A DNA stretch of 64,000 nt. It comes from Camelus dromedarius. Lineage: Eukaryota. Both the position numbers and the translations under genes were made by a program. Below, in pieces: positions 38,377 to 51,310 of this stretch. How positions within the stretch are numbered: the stretch's first letter is position 1; each line of letters starts with the position of its first letter. Location: assembly GCF_036321535.1 (NCBI RefSeq), contig NC_087436.1:107014001-107078000 (forward strand), written 5' to 3'. The notes under the pieces were generated by a model. That model was not told the origin of the DNA. It saw only the letters and a program-made list of their open reading frames with translations, and did not search any database.

Positions 38377-39249
38377 TGTGAGGGGGGTTCCCCTATTCCA
38401 ATAAGTAATGCTTGGACACCAGCTAAGCGTCCTACAATTCAAGTAAATTCTGACACTATCTACCCTGAGATAGCATCAGATCTCACAGGTGAAGGGCTCA
38501 GTCCCACAAGACTACCTCTCCAACTTCAGATGCCAAGTCCAAGTTATCACCTGTGCTTCTGATCTACAGACTATGGATTAGAGAGTCCCTCTTTGAACTT
38601 CAGATGGTGTCACAAATCCAGATTGCTACCTGTGCTTCTGACCGACTGACTATAAATCAGAAGTTCCCACAAACCCTCCTTGGGTTTGATTAATTTGCTA
38701 GAGCCCCTCACAGAACTCAGAGGAACATTTTGCTTGCTAGGTTATCGGTTTATCATAAAAAGAATATAACTCAGGAACAGCCAGATAGAAGATATATCTA
38801 AGGCAACGTTTGAGGAAAGTGGGCTGAGAGAGCTTTCATGCCCTCTCGGAATATGCCCACTCTCCCCAAACCTCTACTTGTTCACCCAGAAGCTTTTTGA
38901 ACCCTCTCTTCTTGAGTTTTTATGGAGACTTCACTACATAGGCATGATTAATTAAAACATTGGCCTTTGGCGATTGATTTTATCCTCAGCACCTCTCCCC
39001 TCCACTCCCAAACCCTCTAAATCATACAGTTGATTCTCCAGACAACCATCCCCCAGCCCTAGGTACAGTCCCAAAGTCACTTCATTAACATAACAAGAAA
39101 CACATTCATTGCCCTCATCAAAGGAAATTCCAAGGGTTTGGGGACCTGTGAGCCAGAAACTGTGAACTAAGACCAAATATCTATGAGAAATGAATTTTGA
39201 TCATCTAAATGACCAAATATATATATTTCTTATAAATCACAATATTGCA
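38377..39249 (-). mobile_element. MER21-family solo LTR with TSD
   Basis: TG...CA ends with a 5-bp TSD gtaca/gtacg. Contains 'ttctgacactatctacc...gagatagcatcagat', 'taatttgctagag...ctcacagaactcag' and 'tatttcttataaatcacaatattgca'. Confidence 0.85.
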
Positions 39250-39504
39250 GTACGTGTAAGAAGAAACCATCGATGCTGATGTTAGAAGAATACTGTGGGA
39301 ATCAATTAAGCCAAGCAGGACATGGATCTGAGCAAAGGGTGAGTGAGTCCGTGAGTTGGAGATGGAGGCAGCAGATTAAGTATGGAAGGTCCTGCAGTTC
39401 ATAGCAGAAATTTAGATTTCATTCTGAGTGAAACGAGAATCTAACTTGCATTTTTAAAAGTTTTCAACTATTGTGGATGCACTTTTTAAAAAATTACTCC
39501 TATT

Positions 39505-39695
39505 AACAGCCCTATACTGTATAGCACAGGGAAGTATATTCAGCATCTTGTAGTAGCTCACGGTGAAAAAGAAAATGAAAACAAATATATATATATTCAT
39601 GTATGACTGAAAAATTGTGCTGTACACCAGAAATTGACACAACATTGTAGACTGACTATAACTCAATTAAATAAATTTTATTTAATTTAAAAAAC
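39505..39695 (+). mobile_element. Young L1 3' end
   Basis: 'tatactgtatagcacagggaa...tgtacaccagaaattgacacaacattgta', closely similar to 11425-11580. Confidence 0.85.
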
Positions 39696-41699
39696 TCTAT
39701 AATGTAGTTGCATTATTGTCAAACTGAAATGTAACTATAGCTTTAAGGAGCTAAGTGGTTCCAAATCTCACAATTAATAGGTGATGTGAAAGGAATTTAA
39801 ATCCACGTCCATCCAATCCAAAGTGTTATTTCCTCCAAACTCTTTCCAAGAGGCCATTGCATACAAGCAGTCATCACACCATTTATTGCTGCTAATTTGT
39901 GGCCTGAATTAAAACCATTTTAAAGTTATATGTTAAAACAGGTTTCCAGAGATCTGCTTTACAATACTTTGCTTGGTCTGGTTTGAGTAATTGCTCGCTC
40001 TCGAAAGTACTAAGGCTGCATAATCTATGCAAAAGCAGTTATTTTTATAGTATTTAACCATTCCAATTTCTCACTAAGTCACCCCCCCTCCCCCAGTGCT
40101 CAGTTATCTGTACCTGTAGAGGACTATGGAGGAGGGCTCTTTTGAGAACTTGAGCTCATAAGACCTAAGCTGCTAGAAAAACCAGAGAAATCTCAAGCTC
40201 CGTTCTTTTCAAATCTGAAGAAACAGGGTCACAGATGGTTTCACTTCTAAGACTATGTGCAGTCTTTTTTTTTCCTGTTCAAAATAAGTTTCCTGACTCA
40301 ACTTGAGGGAGTGCCTCAAGCTTTCCATCTTCTTGGAAAAATAATTGACAAAGCCTCTTCCTTTTCCTGTAGTAATTAGGAGGTTTCAGGTTTCTGCTCC
40401 TTCTGCCCCAAAAGGAAAACGCTTTTCACCAATTTTGCCTCTGCGGTTTTTTGAGCTCTGGATGAAACCCTGGGAGCTGCAGGAAGTGTGTGTAGGTGTG
40501 CCGTCATCCCCGCTAACCCAAAGCAAATCTCTCCCTCTGACACTGATGCGCTTCCCACCTCCCCAGAGAGTGTGAATCTGTTCAGCAACACCTGCTAACA
40601 ACTGCAAAAGGAGAACTGCCTCCTGAAGGGATAATCCCACGCAGGTTTTGATCTAATGTGGCAGCCAGAAAGAAGACTTGCTATGGGGTCAGAAGCATTG
40701 CTATTCCCGAACTGCCAGGCACCACCCTATAAGCATCATGTGAGGCCTGGGGGACAGAATAATATGGGAATTGACAAGAGACTCCAGTAAAGGGGCTACT
40801 GAAGGCTTTTGATGGCAGGCTAGGAGCTGTCCTTGCCCCCTCTGAGATGCAAACTGGAAGAGAAACTTGCCTCATTTAAAATACCCCTTAGAGAAAGAAA
40901 TAGCTGAGTGAACTTGGCAAAGTAATATTGAGTCATTCCTTCCAAAATGCCTATTTCTATGGACTGGCTGCAGAGGAGACCAGGACAGGCTGTCTCTTGC
41001 TGCTCCTTTGGAAGAGTGGGTTCTAAGCTGTGTGCCTTAGCCCCCTGCCCTTAATGTAATTTTCCAGGTGGCTATCAATAAAATCAGATGATTTGTCAGG
41101 AATAAAGGAGGCCAGGTGCAGGGTCCCCAGGATCCCAGACACAGCCTGCTGCTAATGGAATCAACTGCTTAATGAATGAGGGACTTTACACAGACCCCGA
41201 GGTTAAAAGTCAACAGGAAGGGCTTCAACAACAACTTTATTAGGCAGATGCACACCATGGTAGTCTAGCCTGAAAATACCTGTCTTGGATGGTTTCTCTT
41301 CTATTTAAGGATTCCAGTGGACAAAAACAGATTAAAAGTACACATACACACTTAATACATTACCCCAGGATAACTTCCTTTTCAGGTGATTAAAGCCACT
41401 TAGCTTTAAGACTCTGACTTAACCCCTGAAGATGTACAAGTAACAGTTTGGAATCACCAGTCCATCACATTTGTTGGGTAGAATTTTTTTTCAATTAGGG
41501 TCAATATGTAGACCAGGAAATTACCAGTGTGGGAATACTTAATGCAGGTTGGGAGGAACTGATACACTGCCAACGTTATTTCATAGTTCATGAATTTAAG
41601 AGCCAAGTTTGTAAACTTAATTTGAAAAACAGAATCTGATTCCGGTTTTAATTGGCATGTGGCTAGTGGCTCCTGATGTAGCCACTCCAAGTTTCCCAG

Positions 41700-42530
41700 G
41701 AAAAATTACAAATAGAGATATAAAACACTCTGACATCACCAAAATTTAAAACTAAAGTCAACTTACTGCTAGACATTAGGAAGAATTAATACTATCAGTA
41801 AAGTCAGTGGGAATACAAACTTTACAATAGAAGAAAAATAAGTACACATGGATTAATGAGGCTTTTTTTAAAAAACATGAATTAAAAATCAAAAATTTTC
41901 AAAGCAGCAGCATAAAGAAGAAAAAGCCAAAATAAACAAAATTCTATATAAAGAATTACCAATATAATTCAGAAATCTCCAGAATGTATAGAGAAACAAC
42001 GGATAGAGAGAGAGAATATGTGATGAAAGATATGATGTATAGAATGCCAATATAGATGCTTCAACACTCAGAATAAAAGGATTTTTTAAAAAGACAAAAA
42101 TAAATAAATTACTGGAGCTGTAAGAGACACATTTTCCAGAGACACAAAAGGATATATGGCATTAAGCTTAAAGGTCCTACTGAATGCCAACACAATGGAT
42201 ATAAAGTAAATGACACCAAATTTTAAAATTCGTAAAATTTTAAGACCTGAGAGATAAAAGAAAGATCCTAAAAGTTCCTAGAAAGACAAAATTGATCACA
42301 CTGATATTTCCCCAATGACACCAGATGCTACAAGGCAATAGAAAGGTGCTACAAATATACTAAGGAAAAGTAACCTTCAACCTAGAGTATTATACCCAGC
42401 CAAGTTATCTGTAAAATTTGGAACTAAAATATTTCCACACAAGGATTCAGAAAATGCTTCTCACACACCATTTTTAGAAGCTACTTGTGAATAAATTGCC
42501 ACAATATTACACCAACAGAAAAACCAATAA
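41700..42530 (+). mobile_element. Ancient L1/HAL1 ORF1 remnant
   Basis: A-rich sense strand, with 'gataaaagaaagatcctaaaag', 'ccagatgctacaaggcaatag' and 'ttcaacctagagtattatacccagccaag'. Confidence 0.65.
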
Positions 42531-43298
42531 CTAATACTAATTAAATTACTTAACATCAATGGACAATTGATTGAAAAAAATGATTTGCTTAGAAGATAAG
42601 TTTTCTCTTTCTCTGAGTTTCTCTTTATTAAATAAAAAGTAGACACTAACCACTAGACCAGTCACTTAGAATTTATAAGAAGTACCTAGGTTTCTGAAAT
42701 TATGAATTAGCAGCTCTGCGATAAGATCCAATAATCTGTCCCCCAAATCCTTTTGCTACAGCTGGTCTAAGGACTACATATTAAGCAATACTAGACTATG
42801 CATTTCCTAAGGGCAGAAATGACATGTTTCCTCTTGACCACAACAACTGCAGAACATAGCATTTTCATTAGAGAATTGAATGCATAAAAAGCCTGGGTCT
42901 CAGACCATCTCTTCTGTAGATTCTACTCTTTTGGACACAATGTTATTCCCTCTTAAACATCATTAATGTCTCTTGTTCTGTATCTAGTCCTAGATGGAGA
43001 GTTTCAGAAAACAACTGAGAGGAAACATGAAGATGAAGGGCACTGCACCCTGTACTTTATAAGCCCTGCAAGTAGAGGACTGTGAGTAAGGCAAAGATGG
43101 GGAAAACAGAGGACATTTGGTGACACAACTTTCCTGCCCTTTGATCACAGCCAGGGAGTAGTGAGTGATTGGCCACAGTAGACCCAAATGAAAATCTGTT
43201 TGAAATTGTGAACAGTGCACATCAATGTGCTCTCCAGCTCTAAATCCAAAACAATGATCTAATTAGCACCCAAGAGGAACTCATTCACTTGATTTGTT

Positions 43299-43735
43299 GT
43301 CAGATGATTTGATTTCGGATGGGGTCCCATAGAAGAAGAGCCTGGGACAAGGTTGGAGTGCAAATAGATAATATGGGATGAGGTCCCAGGAAGCTTCAAT
43401 CAGGGAGTGAGGAAGTAATAAACAAAAGGGAAGACAGCCAATAAAAATGCCTTAACAAGCAAGTTTTGCTATGAGAAACTGGCACTCAGACCCACTGCAG
43501 ACCTCTGGGAGAGAGCTTGGGACATGCCTTGAAGTTGTTCCAACTGAGAATTTGAGAAGCTGGGCAATTCCCATTCCACAATGAGCTACCCCCATGAGGA
43601 CTACCCTAAGGGATGCCAATTCTCTGGCACGTCTGCACCCAAACATGCAGGAGAAGCTTCAGGTGCAGAATCCCAGATGCTTACATTAGGAAGCCAGTAA
43701 CCTGCCCAGAACTGGAGTAGTGAAGGGATATGACA
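43299..43735 (-). mobile_element. ERVL LTR (LTR16 family)
   Basis: 'ggggtcccatagaagaagagcctgggacaagg...gagtgcaaatag...gggatgaggtcccaggaagc...cagccaataaa' is the reverse of the LTR16 3' end. Confidence 0.7.
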
Positions 43736-44449
43736 GCATCTTTTATGTATCTGTTCTGAAGAGATCTATCTTCATTAGATAAGAGAATTCAACATAATAT
43801 CATGAACTCATGGAGGTGGGGTATTTTGAAGTTAGGAAAAAGCAATTTTATCTTAAGAGCACAGAGCAGAATGTCTCTGGAATATGTGTGTCATAATGGC
43901 TAGAAGCATGTTTTGGAAAATTTTTTTATGCTCTTAGGAGGACATAAATAGTATGACCTCTGTGTAAATAAAGCAGAAACCCATAGGAGAGAACAGACTG
44001 TGGTGGAAAGACCAACAAGATGCAAAGAAAGGGGAAACAATGTGAAAGGTAATTTTTGAGAGAAAGAAAGATGGAGTTTGTTGCAGAAATTCTGCATTGA
44101 AATGAGTGAATAATATAACAGATACAGGAGAAAATAGAATGGGTGATATCGAAGAAAGATTTGAGATCTTAAAGAATATTCAAGAAAAAGACAAATTGAT
44201 ACAATTTTTTGAAAAGGAGAGGAAGTTGAAATTCTACTAACAAGCTATGACATTGCCTCTCCAACATTCTCCAACCTTATTTAGAATGAAGTTTTTCAAT
44301 GGCAAAAGATTATATAAATTATAAGGATAATAAAACCAGTAATAATAAGATGGTAACAATAGTTCAGAGCTGCTGAATACTCACCATGTACCAAGAGTTT
44401 TCCAATGGCTTTATGTTTGCTAAGGCATTTAGTCTTTTGGCATCTAGCA

Positions 44450-44710
44450 TGAGGACTGAGGCAAAAAAAAACCACGTACAGCCAGAGAGAAACAGACAAC
44501 ATGCAGAGCAAAGCAGAAATGTGACAAGGACCGGTGAAAGGACAGATCTTTCTCACTTCCATTGTTTTTGCTACATTTTGGCTGTTTCTATTCTCTTTTC
44601 AACTTTGCCTAGCCCTTAACCTACTCCAGGACCCTTACGTTAAATTTCTATTTTTACTTAAACCAGGTAGAACTGAATTTCTGTCACTAAAAAGGTCCTT
44701 AGAAATACAG
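44450..44710 (+). mobile_element. Old MaLR LTR 3' fragment (MLT1K/L-like)
   Basis: Ends 'ttaaatttctatttttacttaaaccag...tttctgtcact...aaaggtcctt...aataca'. Confidence 0.45.
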
Positions 44711-44819
44711 AATCCCAGTCTAAGAAAACTATGAATTACCATTGTTGCTAAGGAAGAAAATGAGATATTTGGAGAAGAACCAATAATTAGACATAAAGAA
44801 AATATTTCCTGAGTGGGCT

Positions 44820-45347
44820 TGTGGTGGACACATCCTAAGGTGACCCTTCTCCACTCCTCTGCCTTGAATACCAGCAGAAATTGTCACTCTAACCAAAAGA
44901 ACATGGCAAGGTTATGGAATATCACTCTCTTGATTACATTTCATAATATAAAACTTTGTCTTAGCAGATAAAGAGAGATTCTCTGTGCTGGCTTGAGGAA
45001 GCAAGCTGTCATGTTGTGAGAGGGCCTATGGAACCAGAAATCTAGGAGCCGAGGGCAACTTCCATCCTACAAGTAGCTAAACCCCTGAGCATTCAGTGAT
45101 CCCATTGTATGAAAATGGATTCTGCCAACAGCTTGAATGAGTTGAAAGCATATTCTCCCACGGGCAAGTGTCCAGATGAGAACACAGCCTGGTCAAGACT
45201 TGACTATCACCTAGTATAGCTCTAAGATAGGACCCAGTCAGGCTGTGCCCAGACTCCTGATCCACAGAAACTGTGGGATAATAACCAAGTAATGTTCTAA
45301 GATGCTAAGTGTGTCATTGGCTATGCAGCAATGGAAAAGTAATGCAA
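44820..45347 (+). mobile_element. MaLR LTR (MLT1E/F-like)
   Basis: 'tgtggtggaca...gctggcttgaggaagcaagctgtcatgttgtgagagggcc...ttctgccaacagcttgaatgag...cagactcctgatccacagaaactgtg...tatgcagcaatggaaaagtaatgca'. Confidence 0.85.
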
Positions 45348-45733
45348 GGGTGATAGGCTCATCAAGTTTCCAGAAAAACAAATGAAAAATAAAAAGAATA
45401 AAGCATGTTTGCTTTGGCAAAAATTTTGTATTTTATTCTGGCAGAAATTTTGTATTACAGTTGTTTTTACAAATGTCCTCTGCAGACAAAACAAGGCATT
45501 ATGTGGGGGAGGGGGTTATTTATAAAGAAACAAGAGCTAAGTTTAGTTATTAAAAAAAATCTCAGGCTTCTCATCTGAAGCATTGAAAGTCTGAAGGAAA
45601 TGTGGCAACATCTGGAATTACAGGAGTTTTTCTATAAGAAGCTTTTCTACCCCATTTCCTTTCATGCTTGAAAGAAAAATATTCTCGGGTATATGAAAAC
45701 TCAGAAACCATTACATTCATATTTACGTGTGAC

Positions 45734-45752
45734 TGTGTGTGTGTGTGTGTGT
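45734..45752. repeat. (TG)n microsatellite
   Basis: Directly visible. Confidence 0.9.
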
Positions 45753-45946
45753 TTCAACTTTTAGTTGGCTGATATATGTTTGTGGAGATATCCACATATA
45801 AAGATGTAGATATATGCATATATAGATACATATATCAAGATATGTTATAGGTATATAATGGTTCCTTATTTCTTGTATCTTCATCTATCTCTCTATTGGT
45901 ATATCTTCATATGTATCTTTCTACACATATATGCATATTTTCTGTG

Positions 45947-46332
45947 TGTTATGGATTAAATGTTTGTGTTTCTCTGCCCCAAAATTCGTATTTTGAAGCC
46001 CTAACCCTGAATGTGATGCCATTTGGAAGTGGAGCCTTTGGGAGGTAATTAGATTTAGAAGAGGTCATGAGGGTGGGGTCCTCATGATAGGATTAATTCC
46101 CTCATAAGAAGAGATCAGAGAACTTACTTTCTGTTTCCTCTTTCTGCCATGTGAGGATCACAACATGAGGAAGGCAACTGTCTGCAAATGTAAGAGAGTT
46201 CTCACCAGAATCCAACCCTATTGGCACACTCATCTCTGATTTACCAGCCTCCACAACTATGAGAAATAAACATCTGTTGTTTAAGTCATCCAGGCAATGA
46301 TATTTGTTATAGCAACCTGAGCTGACTGAGAC
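45947..46332 (+). mobile_element. MaLR LTR (MLT1A-like)
   Basis: 'tgttatggattaaatgtttgtg...ccaaaattc...gaggtcatgagggtggggtcctcatgat...gagaaataaacatctgttgtttaag...tttgttatagca...gactgagaca'. Confidence 0.88.
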
Positions 46333-47914
46333 AGGCGATATTTTTATCAACCAATTGAAAGTTGAACAAAATTAACACCTGAATAGTGAGCACATTTTGG
46401 TATAAAAAGGTTGTGGTTTTCCTTGTATAAATATCCACTGGTCCAAAAACTAACATAGTCACCACGAAGTTTTAAGGAGGAACATCAGTTTATAAAATAA
46501 ATTTGACTGAGCTGGTCCCAGGAATGAATCTCTAAGAACATCAAGGCACTGATGATATTTCACAATTCCATCTGGAAAAAAAAAGTCTAAATGAAAAGAA
46601 TTTTTTTTTGGTTTACCATCATCAAGACAACTTGTAATGAATAAAAGAAAGTAGAATTTTAAAATTTCTCTCTTTTAGCATCAGATTCAGAAATACAAAC
46701 AAACGTCATTACAACCCTGTGTAAGCCAAAAAATGCCACCTGGCAGGGGGCGGAGGACGGGTAAGGACGAGTGGGAGGTGAAAGAAAATATGGCAACATT
46801 GGAATGTGTTTGTTTGGGTGACAGAAAAATTAGAAAGTTGTTTTCTGCTAATTCTTCAACTATTCTTTAACAAATAGGATAGCGTAAGTCTCCTTACTAA
46901 GAAGAATAAATACGGAATAAGAAATATGAGTATCTCTTTAAGAATAAAAACTGCATAAATTAAAGAGAAAAATCTGAAGAAATCTCAGGAATGTTGATTT
47001 AATCCAAAGGCAATGCAGTAAGTGACCCTGGTTTGAATATTTGGAATACCTTGTGAGCACAGGAATCCCAGGTCTTGTTTTCACAGACTAAGTTCTGCCT
47101 GCCTTCCTTTATTTCTTAGGAAGTTCACAAGCTCTAGCCCACTTGCCCTCAAGGGTCAAGGAGATAACAGAGTTCACTACTATGGATAGCCTCACTTACT
47201 ATCTACTTTAAAAACAATTTCATCTAACCCTATGTCAGTGTTGTAAAAAATATTTTAAGGAATTGTATAAAATCACATTCTCAAAGCATGGCTATTAGTT
47301 AAATATTTAAGAAATAATAAGATTTCAGAATCTCTATTTTTTTTTCCTCCCATGAAAACTGTGTAACTTCTGGTATTTGAGATAGGAAGTTATTCTATGT
47401 ATCTACTCTCTGATGTGGCTCAATAAACTTAAAAAACTATAAGACTGTTTATACACTTGAGTCCATAATACATTTACAGTAATTTATGCTAAGGAAATAA
47501 TCAGAAATATAGTCAAATATCTTATGCAAGTGTTTAGCACAGCATTATTTATAACCAAATTGGGTGCATTTTAAAAAGAAATATAAAGATATAGTTAAAT
47601 GGATTATAGCAAATTACTGAGCCAATAAATATCATGGTAATTTACTAAAATCCAATGGTTTGCCTTCTTTATAAAGATTCTAGTAAATGAAAACAAGTAA
47701 AATAATGATTTAATTGCATTTTCCTTTTTGCAACTGTTGTATATGCTCATTGTAGAACACTTATAAAATACAGAACTATAAAATGAAGAAATAAATCCCC
47801 TATAATCCACCATAGAGATATATCCAATATTGGCTTCCTTGCTCTATCTTGCTTTCTTTTAAACAACTAACATAGTTATTTAGCTTTCTAATTTTACATG
47901 ACATTTTACTGTAC

Positions 47915-48050
47915 AGATAAGGTCCAAAGTCAGAATGCCTGGGTTCAAATCCTAACTAGACCACTTACATGCTGTATGTTATTTTGGCAAGTTATGAAAT
48001 CTCTCCATCTGTATATTTTCTTATCTGCAAGTAGAGATAATAATAATGTT
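47915..48050 (+). mobile_element. MIR SINE
   Basis: 'tgcctgggttcaaatcc...ccacttac...ttggcaagtta'. Confidence 0.7.
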
Positions 48051-48069
48051 TATTCAGAATACTGTTCTT

Positions 48070-49650
48070 ATGCAAAGAATTATTTTAAAGAAAAAATAAT
48101 ATAATATATACTCAGTGCTTAGCACACATGAAACAAAATAGATAGACCTGAAAGGAGAAATAAACACAAGGGAACCACTGTAGTCGGAAATTTCAACTCT
48201 CCTCTTTTTGTATTTGAAAGAACAAATAGAGGAAGAATCAGTAAAGATATAAAAGCTCTGAGCCATACTAAGAAATTACTTTAATTAATTGACATTTATA
48301 AGACATGCCACTTAATATCAGTAGAGAGCACATTCTTTTCCACTGTAAATGGACATTCCATAGACATTCAGATAGACCATAGACATTCAAATAGACCTTA
48401 TTCTGAAAAATAAACCAAGCCTCAATAAACACAAATGAACTGAAATTGCACACAGATATGTTCTATGACCACATGGAATTAACTAAAAATCATTACTCTA
48501 AAAATACAAGCAAAGTCAGAAAATAAAAACACACTTCTAATAATACATAGGTATTTAAAAGAAGAAATGCAATGAATATTAAAAATATTTTGAAATAAAT
48601 GAAAATTAACACATATCAAATTTTGTGGGAATGCATCTAAAGAAGTACTCAAAGAGAATTTTGCAGCCTGAAGTGTTTGTATGGAAAAAAAAAGAAAAAT
48701 TTACAATCAATATTATAGTCTTCTTTCTTAAAAAACTAGGAAAAGAAAAGCAAGTTAAATCCAAAGTAAGAGGAAGAAAGCAAATAACATAGATAAAAGT
48801 ATTAATGTATCAATGAAATAGAAGAGAGGGAAAATAATAGAAAAAATAAAACCAAAAGCTATTTTTATAAAGTTTAATATAGTTAATAAACATCTAGCTA
48901 CACTGATGAGTATTATTTTTTTGTATAAAAGGGTGAGAGAAGACACCAATTTCCAAGATCAGATATAAAAGAGAGAACATCACTATTGATCCTACAGATG
49001 TTAATAGGGTAATAATGGAATATTATGACAATTGTTTGTTTATTCAACAACTTGGATGTGATTGACAAATTCTTTGAAAAATACAAATTACCAAAGTTCA
49101 TTTAAAAGGAAGTAGATACCATAAATAGCCCTATACCTATTAAAGAAATTAAATTTATAATTAAAAGCCTTCAAACAATCACAGATATAAAGGGGGTGTG
49201 AGGTCTCCAAGCCTAGATGGCTTCATTGATGAAATCTACCAAATACAAATTTGACACAAACTCTTCCTGACAATAGAAGAAATTTACCACTCCACAACTC
49301 ATTAGGTTATTACCTTAACACCAAAAGCAAACAAAAATAAGCCAAAAACACAAAAAACACAGACCAATATATCTTATAAATGTAGACACAATAATCACCA
49401 ACAAAAAAATTAGCAAACTGACTCCAGAAATACATAAAAAAAGATAATACATCATGAACAAGTGAGGTTTATTCTAAGAATAAAAGTTTGGTTCAACATT
49501 TGAAAATTAACCAATGTAAATCATTATATCAACAAACAAAGCAAGAAAACCAAATGGTCATATTAATACATGCAGAAAAAACACTTAATAAATGCAGAAA
49601 AATTTAGCATCAATCATGAAAAATATTCACAATGATCTAAGAATACAAGG
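48070..49650 (+). mobile_element. Old L1 ORF2 remnant (endonuclease to RT region), non-coding
   Basis: 'ctgaaaggagaaata', 'ttctatgaccacatggaatt', 'aaaatacaaattaccaaa', 'gcctagatggcttcattgatgaa', 'ttggttcaacatttgaaaat' and 'tgcagaaaaa'. Many stops and frameshifts. Confidence 0.85.
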
Positions 49651-49654
49651 GTTC

Positions 49655-50005
49655 TTGTTGGGCCTAGTAGCGTATAATTTGCTTTACTCAAAGTCCACCA
49701 ATTTAAATGTAGATCAAAACACCTTCACAGAGAAAAGGGAACCCTCCTATACTGTTGATGGGAATGTAAATTGGTGTAGCCACTATGGAAAACACTGTGG
49801 AGGTTCCTTAAAAAATTAAAGATAGAGTTGCCATATGACCCAGCAATCCCACTCCTGGGCACATATCCAGAGAAAACTATTATTTGAAAAGATGCATGCA
49901 TCCCAGTATTCATAGCAGCACTATTTACAATAGCCAAGACATGAAAGCAACCTAGATGTCCATCAACAGATAATTAGATTAAAAAAAGACGTGGTATGTG
50001 TATAT

Positions 50006-50037
<32 letters not shown>

Positions 50038-50623
50038 GTGCGTATATATATATAATGGAATACTACTCAGTCACAATAAAGAATGAAATAATGCCATTTG
50101 CAGCAACATGGATGGACCTAGAGATTATCATACTAAGTGAAGTATGTTAAAAAGAGAAAGATAAATACCATATGATATCACTAAATGTGGAATCTAAAAT
50201 ATGACACAAATGGACTTAATTATGAAAGTGGAAGAGACTCATGGATATAGAAAAAAAAAACTTATTGTTACCAAAGGAGAAGGAGGGTTGAGGAGGAATA
50301 AATTAGGAGTTTGGGATTAGCAGATATAAACTACTATATATAAAATTGATAAAAAAAAAAAAAAACAGGTCCTACTGTATGGCACAGGGAACTACATTCA
50401 ATATCTTGTAATAAACTATAACAAAAGAAAGTGAAAAAGGAGATATATATTTTACATATATATATAACTTAATCACTGTGCTGTACACCAGAAACTAACA
50501 TTGTAAATCAACTATATTTTAGTTTTTAAAAAACACCCTCACAAAAACACCCACAATAATGTTTGACCAAATATCTGGACACTGTGGCCCCATCAGTCAA
50601 TGTGACATAAAATTAACCATCAC
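49655..50623 (-). mobile_element. MLT2 (ERVL) LTR 5' fragment, split by a young L1
   Basis: 'tgctttactcaaagtccaccaatttaaatgt' (49680-49710) continues as 'aataatgtttgaccaaatatctggacactgtggccc...cataaaattaaccatcaca' (50555-50623). Confidence 0.85.
49730..50529 (+). mobile_element. Young L1, 5'-truncated, with 14-bp TSD
   Basis: ORF2 end 'gagaaaagggaaccctcctatactgttgatgggaatgtaaattgg' plus 3'UTR. TSD: aaaacaccttcaca (49716-49729) / aaaacaccctcaca (50530-50543). Confidence 0.92.
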
Positions 50624-50624
50624 A

Positions 50625-51310
50625 AATACATAAAAGCAAAAAGACCAATAATACTAAATGTGGGTAAATTTGTGGATCAATTCCAAGTCACATACCTAGC
50701 TGGTGGAAATGTAAAATGATACAGTCACTTTGGAAAATAGTGTGGCCATTTCTTATCAATTAAACATACATTTATCATATAATCCAGCAATCCTACTCCA
50801 ACAGATAAGATAACACTTGTCCACACAAAGACCTGCCAGCAAATGCACATAATAGTGATATTCATAATAGCCAACTACTGCAAACAACTCAAATTTCTAT
50901 TAACTGGTAAATGGATAAATCAATTGAGGTATAATGATACAATAAAATGCTACTCTACAGTAGAAGGAGCAAGCTACTGATAATACAACATTGTGGATGA
51001 GTCTCTAAAGCATTTGTTATGTGAAAAAAGACATCTGTGAATGACTGCATATTGCATGAGTTCATTTATTTGACATTCTGGGAAGGACAAAACTATAGGA
51101 ATAAAAAATATATCACTGGTTGCCAGAGACTGAGGTGAGAGGAGGAGATAGACTACAAAAGGATTCCAGGGAATTTCTAAGGGGAAGAAAAATTTCCATA
51201 TCTTTCTTGTGATTGTAGTTACAGATTGTTGACATCTGTCAAAACTCATCAAATGTCTACTTTAAGAGGGTAAATTTTAGTAATGTAAATTATATTTTTA
51301 AAAAATAACT
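50625..51310 (+). mobile_element. Old L1 (L1ME-like) ORF2 end and 3'UTR
   Basis: 'gctggtggaaatgtaaaatg...cactttggaaaa', 'atccagcaatcctactcc', 'tggttgccagagactg' and 'tgtcaaaactcatc...tgtaaattata'. Confidence 0.85.

Noticed and set aside
49592..49937. ORFs with L1 ORF2-like text ([21 protein letters not shown])
   Set aside because: They come from a truncated L1 fragment fused to LTR sequence and are not a functional CDS.
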